Source: Antedon mediterranea
Taxonomy: Eukaryota; Animalia; Echinodermata
Direction: 5' to 3'
NCBI RefSeq assembly: GCF_964355755.1
Contig: NC_092678.1
Location: forward strand, 22,771,365 to 22,835,364
DNA: 64,000 nt
In this document: piece after piece, positions 24,806-37,053 of the stretch
Layout: every line of letters starts with the position of its first letter
How positions within the stretch are numbered: position 1 is the stretch's first letter
The notes under the pieces: generated by a model
Databases searched by the model: none
Told to the model about the DNA's origin: nothing
Seen by the model: the letters and a program-made list of their open reading frames with translations, nothing else
Made by a program: the position numbers and the translations under genes

Positions 24806-27800
24806 TTATTCGTTCAACTTGGTGGTTTTAAGAATTGTGTGACGAACAACCATGATATTTTTGAATATTTTCGATGGAAAAACAGGCGTATCGTACATAG
24901 TTATCGTTATATCAACATCATGTGGGCCTTCTGTCGGTAATTTACCGCCGACTGAAAGCTTCCCATTTTCTAGCCGCATGACTTGCCGCTGTATCGTGCT
25001 GTACTGTAAGAGCGCCTGCAGGTTCTCAATTGAATCCAATGAGTTAAAATCAGTAAATAAAACGAGTTCTAATCTCATAATAAATGTCCTGCCAGATGCT
25101 GGACTGTTATCTATTTTTAATGTTTGGTTATTGTGTTCATTTTCAAAAACAAATAAAGGAATTATTGCGTTGTCATAAAGTTTAACATTTGGTTTTAAAA
25201 CTGTTAAATTGTCTTTATTTATTGCCCCCATTTTATAACATTCACTTAGCATGTCTTTAACTATTTTACCTTTTAAATTACAACCATTCATAGAAAAACG
25301 TTGTAAGTTTGGAAATATTATAAATATTTTAGCTAGTGTACTTCCGTTTATTGATGATAGGTCGACGCCTTCCAAATTAAGAGAAAACTTTTCAAATCTG
25401 TAACGCCTTGGTGAGCTTAAAAGATCATGTAATTGATTTGATGATAAATTATGCAGACCCCAATTTAATTCAAATCCCAAAAATGAATTTATAATGTTCG
25501 CAAGTAAATCAATACTAATTTTTGAAAGATCATTTAGCTCTAAATTCATGAAAATATCTTTTGATTTTAAATAGTTTAAATCGATTTCATTTAGCATATC
25601 GACTGTTTGGATACTTGACATATTACAATCTTGCAAATTAAAGAATTGCAAATCTTTAGAAGTATTTATTATGTGACCTAATACAGTACCATTTAAACAG
25701 GTAAGATTGTTACCCCTGAGAGCAAATACCTTCAATTTAGGAAATGTTTCACTGAGTGTACATTCATTTAACATTAATTCAATTCGCTGACAATCCAGTA
25801 AATTGCTTATGGTGAGAATTTCTAGGTTACGAAAGTTTTTTAAAAAATTGCAAAGCTGTGAGCCGTTTATTATAAACCTGGGTTCAAAGCTTGCATGAAA
25901 TGCAAAGGAACGTATTTCCTCACCTAAAGAGTATTTCTTCCATTCTTCTGAAAGAATTGCAATAGCCTTATCCCCCCATTTCTCAATTAGAGTTATCAAA
26001 TATTTATCACGCTTCATTGGTATGGCTTGAAGGGATGACTCGTCTTGATGTAATTGCAATATAATCGAAATGTGAGCTACAAATCTGCACACATTTTCAA
26101 ATGTATGTTTATTCGATTCTTTTACCAACGACGTGATACCAGCTAATAATTCCCTCTTCTTTTGTGTTTTACACACATTTGACATCCACTTCAGTAGTTG
26201 TAAAAAGTGCAAATTGTTATCATCAATAAACTGTTTAAAGGAATTATTTAACCTTTCAAAATGTATTTTCATTTCTGGAGAGGTATGTTTATCCAATGAT
26301 TTCAAAACCTTTTTTTCGTCTGATTCATTCACATATTTAAAATATTTTGAAAATGAGTAATAATTTGACGCCTTATTCTCCAACCAGTGTTTCATTAGTT
26401 TGTCGGCATTGGGACCTAAGAAACTAATAGTAAAAACTCTTACTATGTGTAAATACTCGTTCGTTCTTATTTTCTCGCATTCTTTGGAATCAAAAGTTTC
26501 AATTTTGTCAGACAAGTAATACCCGGCTAGAGCTTCTGAAAATAACCTATCTGGAAAACTGTAAGTCTCTAAAGTACCAAATTGAACAGTAGTAGAGTCA
26601 TCTTTGTAAACAAATCCTAAATTTAGCGAGAAGTCAACTAAAGCTTCATCTTGTTCTATTTCGTTTAATTCTGTTTTCGTAAAACGAAGTACATTGTTTT
26701 GCAAACAAATGTACTGTAACTAATGTGTCCTAATATTAGAATTGAATTCTTATACTTAGTCGGAATCTTGTCAAAGTATGCTATGGTATCTTCTGTTTTA
26801 TTTATGCTGATGTGCTGATTTAAAATTGAAAGAAACATGTGTTTAAAAAAAATCAGAATATTTTGGGGGATCTTTTGCTCGCTTTCCCACATAATACACA
26901 TTTTACGTAATAAAAATGGAGATGTAAGAAGTTCAAATATTTCTTTATGTTCACCACCCCAAGTATTTGTATCAAGTGAATCAAGTTTAAGTATGGTAAT
27001 CAATGTCTGACCCAGTTCAGGCTTTCCAATTATTTCGAAATATCTTTTTATATATGACTTTATGTTGGTTTTATCAAATCCTTTCTTCACTTTTACAAAT
27101 ACGTCACAATGTCTGTGTAAACGCTAAGTAAATGAAACTGGTCGTGAAGTCAGAATAACTGTACTGTCTTCCAGTTCTTCACGTTTTAATATCATTGAAA
27201 TATCTACCCCAAATTTTAATTCATCTAATCCGTCTATTAGAAAAACTAATTCTCTGTTGTGTTTCTTTATATAATGTTGTATACTTGCCTGCTTACTTAC
27301 ACATAGATCTAACTTCAACTGAACTCTATCAACGATTATGTCTGTGATGGTTTGACCTGGTTCGATGTCTCTGGCGTTTACAAGAAATAATATTTTACCG
27401 TCAAACGTAGCATCAGAATCAGATGCCCAGTTATAAGATATGAATTGAACCAAGGTTGTCTTACCAATTCCCCTATTTCCAGTAATCAATATTTTAGGTG
27501 AGTCTTTGGACTTTATAATAGACAATAATTCTTTTAATGATGTGCCCATTCTTTTTCCCCTCTCTATGATATAAAGCTCTGGTTCAGTAAACATCTCAGA
27601 AATATTGTAATATGTATCTCCTCTGTACATTGGTGGTCTTAGGCATGTGTCGTTCAATTCCCTTTTCTGCTCCGCTAATATCAAATTTCGAATAGTTTCT
27701 GAAATAAAAAAAAGCAAATAAATTGTGCCTATATAAACTATTAGAAACATATAAAATAAGAAACAAATACTCAAAATAAGACGCAAATTATTGTAATGTT

Positions 27801-29229
27801 TTTAAACAGTCAGTGTTATTCTATCGTAAATTAAATTCGTGGTTATTAATGTGCTAAACATAATTACCTGTGTCCATGGAGTGCTGGTAATCATCATCAT
27901 TATAATTACTAAATGCTGTTACTTCATGGCCTGAAACCTTCGCAAAAACACCCAAAATTACAACAATGAATGCAGTGGCCATTAAAACTAAAGAAATAAT
28001 ATAACAGTATTTTTTTTAAACATTTACAAGTAAAACATCGATGGACAACCATATAATGTAATTATGCTTAAACAAAAAAGATGACATCCCACATAGCAAA
28101 GAAACGAGGTGAATCACTATAATGATCGTTCGCCTTTCAAAGAAATGTATACTAGACGTTGAAGAGCCCGCAAAGTGTAAACAAAAAAATATAGGGCCTA
28201 AAACATTTTCGAAAATTATTATTTTTGCCACGCGAATTGAACTATGTAAACGAATTACGCCTTCTCTGTTGGGAATACATAACTTATGAAAGCTTCAGAC
28301 ATAATAATTGCATATAAAATTACGTTTTTCAGTAATTTATTCAAGTCCATATTATATCAGACACTTCAAATTCAGAACGAGTTAGAAGACGGTATTGTTG
28401 ATAAGAAAGAGGTCAATATTTATTTAAAGAGGTTGGAACCATAAAATATTGGAAAAGTATATATAGAATAGGCCTAAATTATTAGAAAATCTTTTATATT
28501 GCCTTAGTGTTTGAATTTATTGTCGAATTTATTATACCCCAGGTTACTTTGAGATTAGATTTAGCTTAGTCAATGGAAGTATGTTATGCTCCAATGTCAA
28601 ATTTATTTCTAAGATATGTTTTCAAATATGTTTAAATTACACAAGTTTAAATATATATTATTTATATCTTTAATTAATTAATTCGTTTGGCTGTTTAAAT
28701 GATTTATGTTTTGAAGATTGAATGGAAAATGAAGAAGAATTCTAAAAATGTGATATAGGCAGGTAGTGAGATATATCAATGTGTTGTTCGAGTGTGTTTT
28801 AGATAAAGTAGAGAAAAATGGATAATATAGTATTTATTAGTTCTGTTTTTGAAATTTTAAAAGGTTAATGTTAAAGTCACCCAATTAAATTACAATCAAT
28901 ATGTACTATTTAAAGTGGTTCATCTTTTTTAAAGAAACATTTTTTAATCCGGTGGGTTGTAGCCTAAATAATACCTAATTATTCAGCATTTTAGTTAGCC
29001 AAAACTTATGATAATTCGTTAAGAAAAGCGTGTTAGAATTAATCTCGCGATTACGATTACACTACATTCCGGCAGTTTTTGTGCATTAGTTGTTTGTGAT
29101 GTTCTCGGTCACTGACTAATTTCTTGGAAAAATGACACTATTTGGGCTACCTACCTGTAAAAAATGGTTTCGGTGCTCTTCTCCGTTCCGCTGCTGGTTT
29201 TCCTATTGGTTCCGCTATTGGTCGCGGTG
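24806..29229 (-). pseudogene. NLR-like locus C (linker - TM - NACHT - LRR), disrupted
   Basis: Exons 29155-29229 (PRPIAEPIGKPAAERRRAPKPFFT), 27868-27987 (LMATAFIVVILGVFA) and 24806-27698. In-frame TAG at 27124-27126 and a frameshift near 26705-26715. Walker A GNRGIGKTT. No recognisable DED exon; C-terminus unrelated to the paralogs. Confidence 0.8.
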
Positions 29230-30808
29230 CTAAAGTACAAGTACATTATTGTACACACAGATTCAACAAGAAACTCATTTAAAAGCTTCACCAAAAATGT
29301 AAATACAATTCGAATCTATTTTATTGAATACTATAATTATTAAGCCACACGGAAAAAAGTTGTTGGACATCATCCCCATTATGTATGCAATGTGCAATGA
29401 CAGAAACTTTATCCTGTAAGTTGTAGTTGTGGCCGTTAATCAGCCCATCTTTTACAAATTCTGAGCTTTTTAACCGTTTATTTGTACTCAGTGTCGCTGT
29501 AAACTGTGTAGGTCTAATGGCAGGTAATCCAGCTCTATTGATAACTAACTGTATATTTCAGTATTCACCAAACTAGTATATCTGTCACATGATTTGTGAC
29601 GCCGTGGATGTCGGAACTTGTATGCGCGCGCTTCAATGATTGATGATATGAAATATTCTAATAATTCTAATTCGGACGATGAAATGCTTTCTACAAAGTT
29701 CTTAATGATGTGGTCAGTTTCACAGTTAAAATTCATTTGATTTTCCAATAATCAATTACTAGCTTATGTGCCTGATAATTGATTGAGAAATGTTTGTTAA
29801 CAAATTACACCACTAATATAGTTATAATAGTAGGCCTACAGTATTAACATCGCCACATAAAGTGAAGGCTATAAGTTTACCATTCTGTAGTTTTTGTATA
29901 ATATTTAACTTTTGTTTAATTAGAAGACTCAGTAACAGACACTAACAATAACAGACAAATGTAGAAATTACAAGTTTAATAGTAATAGTAAACAAAGATT
30001 GAAACCTAAACCATTTTGTCATTTCATCAAATTAACCCAGTAAACCGTTACATAACAAATACATTAATGAAACAACATTCATTTATTTATTTATTTATAA
30101 ACTTATTTTACATGGTTGACATTTTCATTAAAAATAATGTTCTTACAAATGGTCCATGATTAAAGAAATGCATGCGTAAATATGAACAGTCATAAGTTAC
30201 AAGTTACAAAAAAACATTTTTTGTTTTTTTTGTTTTAGATTATAGAAAGACATTCATTATTCAAGAAGATAAAAAAAAGATACTTTTTAAGCACGCACTC
30301 AATTGATTTTTTTTAAATTATCTAAAACACATTTAAACCAATAGATTATTACAAATTATCAGTAACAAAGATGTTTAAAGCTTATTACTGATTAACATAA
30401 GCAATATGAAATGATAAAAACACGTCGCTATTCTTTCAGAACCTCGTAACCTATAGATTAGAAAAAGAATATTGCAAAACGGATTAAAGATTAAACTATA
30501 AAACATGGTAGAGCAAAATAAATGTGTCTTATCCTCTTTCATGTAAAAATATAAAATAGATTAACAAAATACATTAACTAATTCATATTAATTATTTTAT
30601 ATTATATTATCATAACAACTCAAGTCTTCTATTTCTAATGTTATATGTGTTATGTTCCTTTTTTTGTTTCTGTTATTTTTTTTTAAATAGTGATGCGATT
30701 ATTACGTTATTGTATTGTTATTACCATCAAAAGTACGATATCAATACTGAATATTATAGTGATTTATTGATCTCGACATACATACATACTTAAATTACAA
30801 TGTTCATT

Positions 30809-33800
30809 CTATATATTTACAGGTAGATGTACATTGAATCTTTTAACAGAATATACATAAATAAAGAAAATAATACAACAACAAATACAATAATTTATAT
30901 CGAAATAATAAAGAAGAAAGTAGATCAGAGCGAAGAAGAATAAAATGGAACAAAGGGTTATTATAATAGATATAATATAAAAATGCACTGCTTCGTATAA
31001 AGTTATCTTATATCTAAGACTCCGATAAAGTATATATTTGTAAAAATGCCATTCCTCTATGTCTAATATTACCTTATTGTTTGTTCTACTAAAAACTAAG
31101 AATGGAATCATATAATTATTATTAACATTTTTATTATTGTCATTATTTGTCAATATTAAATTGTTTTTTATTATTAATTTATTTCTATAACACTCGTTTA
31201 GAAAGGCATTGACAATATCACCTGATAGTCTACAATCATTCATAGAAAGACGTATTAAGTTTGGAAATGTAATAAATATGTTAGCTAGTGTACTTCCGTT
31301 GATTGATGATAGGTCAATACCATCCAACGTAAGAATACTCCATCTAAATTTGTACTGCCAAGGTGATATTAAAAGATCGTGTAACTGTTTTGCTGATAAA
31401 TGATAATGGTACCATTCCAATCCATTTGCTTTCAAATAATTTGGTACTTTTAATGCATTGATAACTTTTGCTAGTGAATAACTATCAACATTTGAAAGAT
31501 CGTTCGAAATTAAATTGATGAAATTTGGTTTTGATTTTAAATAGTTTGTATCTACTTCCCTCAACATATCAACTATTTGGTTGCTTGATAAATGACACCA
31601 ACTCAAATCAAAATTTTTTAAATCTTTAGAAGTATTTAATATGTGACCTAATAGACTCCCATTGATACAAGGAAGATTTTGACTCGAGAGCAAATATGTT
31701 TTCAACTTGACAAATTGTTTAAGTTTGTATCGTTCTAACATCTCGTTAATACGTTTACACTGACTTTGTGAATATAATCGTAGAGCGACTTTTTCTAGGT
31801 TTGGACAGTTTTCAATTAATTTGAACAAATGTGGACCAGAAAGGTTACTAAAAATATATTCAAAAAACAAAAAATACCGTATTTCCTCATCATAATCGTA
31901 TTTCTGCCATTCGTTAGAAAGAATTTCAAGAGCTTTATCACCCCATTTATAAAGTAATGTTGTTAAACATTTATTATTGACAAAAACGGCATATTCATAT
32001 TTGTCATTGTATCTTAAAAACATTGTCATGTGAGCTACTAGCCTACACACATTTTCAAACGACGCTGTAGTTGAACTTTGAATGATTAATTCCACATTTG
32101 ATATTACTGTATTACTGTCTTTTATAAGTTCATCTGAAAACAATGTCAGAAGTTTGATCCAGTGTAAATTGTCACTAAAAATAAATGTTTTAAAGGAATT
32201 CCGTAAATTCTCAACATGTGGTTTCATTTTAGGAGATATTTGATTGTCCAGTGATGTCGTTACTTTTTCTTCATGCTCTTTACTTACATATTTAAAATAT
32301 TTTGCAAATGAGTAATAATTTGACGCCCTATTCACCAACCAGTGTCTCATTAATTTGTCAGCATGAGGTCCTAGAAAACTGATAGTGAAAACTCTTGTCA
32401 TGTGTAAATACGGGTTTGTTCTTATTTCCTCGCATTCCTCAGAATCTAAACTAACAATTTCATTAGCCAAATAGTAACCAGCTAGAGCTTCTGACAATAA
32501 CTTATATGGCCATCGGTAGGTCTCCTTAAAATTATCCTGAACAATTGGTTCTTCTTTGTAAACAAATCCTAATTCTAACGATAATTTAACTAAAGTTTCA
32601 TTTTTTCCAACATTTTTTAATTCTGTGTCAGTAAAATATAGCAAATTATTCTGTAACCTATTGTAACTAATGTTTCCTAATATCAAAATTGCATTTTTAT
32701 ACTCAATCGGAATGTCTTCAAAGTCTATCACTTTTGTAGTACAGCTATCACCTCTGTTTTTGTATTGATTTAAAAAGGAAAGGAAAATTTCTTTAAACAA
32801 ATTTGAAAAATTATCTGGGCTTACTTGATGGTGTTGCCACATTGTACACACTTTAAGTAATAAAAATGGGGATGAAAATAGTTGTGGAAACATGTATGTG
32901 TGATCAAAATCAACTTTATAGTTTTCAATTAATGACTGACCCAATGTATAATTGTTAATTGATTTGAAATATCTGTTTATATAGTAAAGTATATTTTCTC
33001 CAGTGAATCCCTCCACCTTAACATGAACATCGTAATACTTTTGTAAACTTTCAGTGAAACCTGGGCGCGATGTGAGGACAAGTGTGCTTTCTTCCAATTC
33101 TTCGCGTTTTAATATCATTGGAATATCAACTCCAGAGTTTAACTCATCTAATCCATCTATTAAAATAACTAATTCTTTTTCATGTTCTTCTATAAAAGTT
33201 TTTATAGTAGTTTTATTTATATCAATACCTGTTTTTTTACGAAAGTTCTTTAACTCAACTTTATCAACGATTATATCTGTGATGGTTTGATTTTCCTCGA
33301 TATCTCTGACGTTTACAAGAAATAATATTTTACCAGCAAACGTTGCATCGTTGTCAGTCGCCCAGTTATAAGCTATATATTGAAGTAATGTTGTCTTGCC
33401 AATTCCTCCGTTTCCTGTCATCAATACTTTACATGATTTTGTAGAATTTATAATAGCCAATAGTTCTTGTAATGATGTATATTTTTCTTTTTTCTCTCGT
33501 TTTACAGTAGTGTATAATACTGGATCGGTAAACATCTGTGAAATATCATAAGTTGTAAACCCTTCTCTCCATGTCGGTGGCCTTATGCTTGGGTCTTTGA
33601 ATTTTGTTTTCTGGTCTGCCGTTAAATATTTTTTAATAATCTCATCTGAAATCAATTAGGAATTATTCAATGAACAAAAAAACTACATTTATTGAAAACT
33701 CACATGAAATAAAATAACAGTACAGTCCAAATAAAACCTAAAAGACGTAGGAAGGTAACATTTTAGAATCTGAAACTGGCAAATAGCAGAATCTCTGTGT

Positions 33801-35559
33801 GTTACGCCAGTCATAAAAATATAAGTACTAACCTGTTGATTCATAGAAGTACAAAGTACCTAAGATGACGACAGTGATGGCAATTAATGTCATTGGTAAA
33901 ACTATATATATATAAAAGATTAAACTGTTACTCAATTAAAATAACATAACATAACATGTATATAAATAATACTGTCAAATTATTGAAACATTATTGAAAT
34001 AATGCTTATTTTTTTCGGAACATGAATGTTCCGTATGTTTAGTTGTATGAAAAATGTCTCATGCGTATTTTTTTTAAAGCCACGGCAATTAAAAAAAATA
34101 CCATGGCAACCTTAAAAATGAAACACCACGGCAAATTATAAATGAAACATCACGGCAAAGTATACAAAATGCTATGGCAGAAGTGAGTTACAACGGCGGA
34201 AGTGAAACCCTTGGAATCTTCGATTTTTTCTGAGGCAAGTAATTATTTCCTCGAACAATTGATGTAAATAAATATATGGCTATAATGAGCATAGACTTTT
34301 CCTTAGGGGGCTTAGACGTACGTTCGCAATGACCTTGAAGGCAATCAAAACAGAATACCGAGTAAATGATCAAACAATCATGCTAGTTTCACACCAGAAC
34401 ACACACTAACTTACACCAACAAAATGTTATCTTGCTCTTTAGTCACGTGTGTTTACCTGCGGATCAATACGATCGTTTTGCTCATTGGTAGCATGCATGC
34501 TCCGGAATTTAAGCTTAATTACCTACCTGTAACTATTGATACTACGTGTTCCATTTGTTCCTCTGCATTCTCTTCTGCTTCCTCATTTTGTTCCTCTGCA
34601 TTCGCTTCTGCTTCCCCATTTTGTTCCTCTGCATTCGCTTCTGCTTCCCCATGTTGTTCCTCTGCATTCGCTTCTGGTTCTTCTATTGGTTTAACAAGTT
34701 TAAACTTAACAAAATGTGTAACTACAAATCCCATATGTTAATGGCCCTTTTCCGGTAAAATACAAGCCTACATACAAACTTCAAAGATTGAAATAGTAAA
34801 TCAAATCCCTTTCGAAGTAAATTCATTAATTAAAACATGTCAATTAAGAACAAATTTCTGGAAAATACTAACATTAATGGAAATTATAATAATTGGTAAT
34901 TAACCAATACTTATTAACATACCTCCAATGTATGTTTGAGGTCTAAGTATTCTTAACATCTCAATGAATTTCATTATTTAGAACAAGGATCGTGATATCA
35001 TTATAATGATAACGAGATACATACAGTACATACCAATAAGTAGCATTAGTGTTTCTTTTCCTTTTTGTCTGAGACAGTCCGCAAACTTTTTTATTTTGTC
35101 TGGTTCATCTGCAAGATGTTTGTCAATCTCAAGATGAAGCACTGCATCCCAAATATTTCTGTAGTTATGTTGGTTTATTTCGTAGAAAGCAGTAACACAT
35201 AGCAATTCACCTTGATCATCAACTTGGCTCATGGCTTTATACAGTTGCTTACGATAAGAGGACAACTTTGGTCCATCCAGTGTATTCTGAACCCCATTGT
35301 TATTCATGTACCTTCTAACATGGTCTTTAGCCTTCTTCACTCCAAATAGTTCCGTAATCTCAAATAGTAAGTTAATATTAGTAGGTGTGATGTAAGCTTT
35401 TTCTTCGAGTATATTGAATAAATTGTGTCCGATAAAAGCTGAATTTCTAATATCACCCACATCTAGGTGATCAAACAAGATGCATTTTAACCGAAGGTAA
35501 TTGTTCCCGTTAAAACATGTACTTAGGTTTGCTTTCAAGGTCTTAAAACCTTCTTCCAT
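30809..35559 (-). CDS. NLR-like gene D: DED-like - acidic repeat linker - TM - NACHT - LRR - 2-TM tail (~1195 aa)
   Basis: Exons 35034-35559, 34527-34682 (EANAEEQ repeats; acceptor choice uncertain), 33833-33901 (LPMTLIAITVVILGTLYFY) and 30809-33645. Phase 1 throughout, 3588 nt in frame. Motifs GNGGIGKTT, ILIDGLDE, VLTSRP. Confidence 0.82.
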
Positions 35560-35784
35560 TGTAGAATTTATTTTTTTGTACTATTGGATGAGTGTAAGTA
35601 ATATTTTATACTATCTTATGACAGCAACAACCCATAGAATATTAGATGATCTGTTTCCTTAAATCAAGTTAAAAAACAAAGGGAAAACCAGTTTTACAAA
35701 ATGTCCTCGTTTGTTATCCAAAAATATACAACTTATCATTGACATATGAATGATTTACTTCAGGAAAAGGCTATTTCGTATAAT

Positions 35785-36560
35785 TAGTCGCGTGGAAGCG
35801 ACTCTATAGTTCACTAAGTCGGTCGGTCGGTCTGTCTGTCTGTCTGTCTGTCGGTCTGTCTGTCGGTCTGTCTGTCCGGTATCACTATGCGTTTTATCGC
35901 TTTATGACCTTATCTTGATATCAGTTTAATCTAGCTAAGTCAATTTTTCACAGAATATTCCTTATGGCCAGGAATCGATGTGGTTATGTTTTCACGGTGC
36001 GCAATAAAAAATTACGCGGTCTACGCACGATTTAACGAAATCACGTTTGTAATCATATCTTAACAACCATGAATCACAATTAAATAAAATTTGGTACTCA
36101 TAAATTTCAGGGCATAAATCATCATATGGCAATACAATTACGTGCGTAGCGCATGTAACGCATGCGTACGCGCGCTTAAAATTTTCAAAATTTATTTTCG
36201 ATGAAATAAGAGTACGTTTCAGGCAATTTTAAGCGTTTACAAAATTGCCATGAGTGCGCAGATTTTTGCGCGCGCACTGCGCGTTAAATGTTATTGCGCA
36301 CACTTTTTGCCCGATTTCTGTTTTCTTGACTTAATTTTCAACTCGAAATTACGTTATACGAGCACGTCAAATGTGACAAAAAATATAAATGTTTTTAAAC
36401 ATTTCAACATTTTTAAACATGTTCAGTAATTTCGGTCAGTATAGTTCACTATGTCGGTCGGTCCGTCTGTCTGTCGGTCTGTCTGTCTGTCGGTCTGTTT
36501 GTCTGTCGGTCCGGTATCACTATGCATTGTACCACGCGACTTAATGGCTGTTGGCCTTGT
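35785..36560 (+). mobile_element. Full HINE/DINE-1-like element
   Basis: 5' palindromic subTIR agtcgcgtggaagcgact, two (GTCT/GTCG)n blocks within a duplicated core, 3' inverted cacgcgact plus hairpin. Confidence 0.8.
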
Positions 36561-37053
36561 TATCTACTACAGTTTACTTTTGTCTCAACGTTGTGTTAAT
36601 TGTGGAAGTTTGATCAGTCAGTCATCACATCGAATATATACATTTTTTATCTATAAACGAAGAAGATAGCCCTAAAAATTAGATACACAATTTTCAAACT
36701 GGAATTTCTAAAGAAAATACAAAACAAATGTTGTTATCGAATTCAATGTAGGGTCAGGCCTACAGTGGCTTATGTTGACTAGTCTTGTACTTTCATCGCA
36801 CCATAATCGAATTTAGATCACCTCGACGAAAGTGCGACAAACCAAACCAAAATATTGAATGTGTTTTAAGGCAAGCTAAATCGCCAAAAATATGATCGTA
36901 TAATAAAACAGGAATACTTATATTATAAATTAGAGTACCGTAATTCAATATCAATTTAAAGTATCCAAGTATCCAGGCCTACTAGCACTTTTTTTCAATA
37001 CTGTATAAAGTGTATTTATTGTATTCTTTGCATAGTCCCAAAACAGCATAATT

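Noticed and set aside
3997-33655. Bacterial NACHT/Avs anti-phage system
   Set aside because: Spliceosomal introns, LINEs, SINEs and low gene density show this is animal DNA.
36970-37052. ~80-bp direct repeat with 41268-41351 as an LTR or giant TSD
   Set aside because: Better explained as a pre-existing short tandem duplication whose first unit was split by the LINE.
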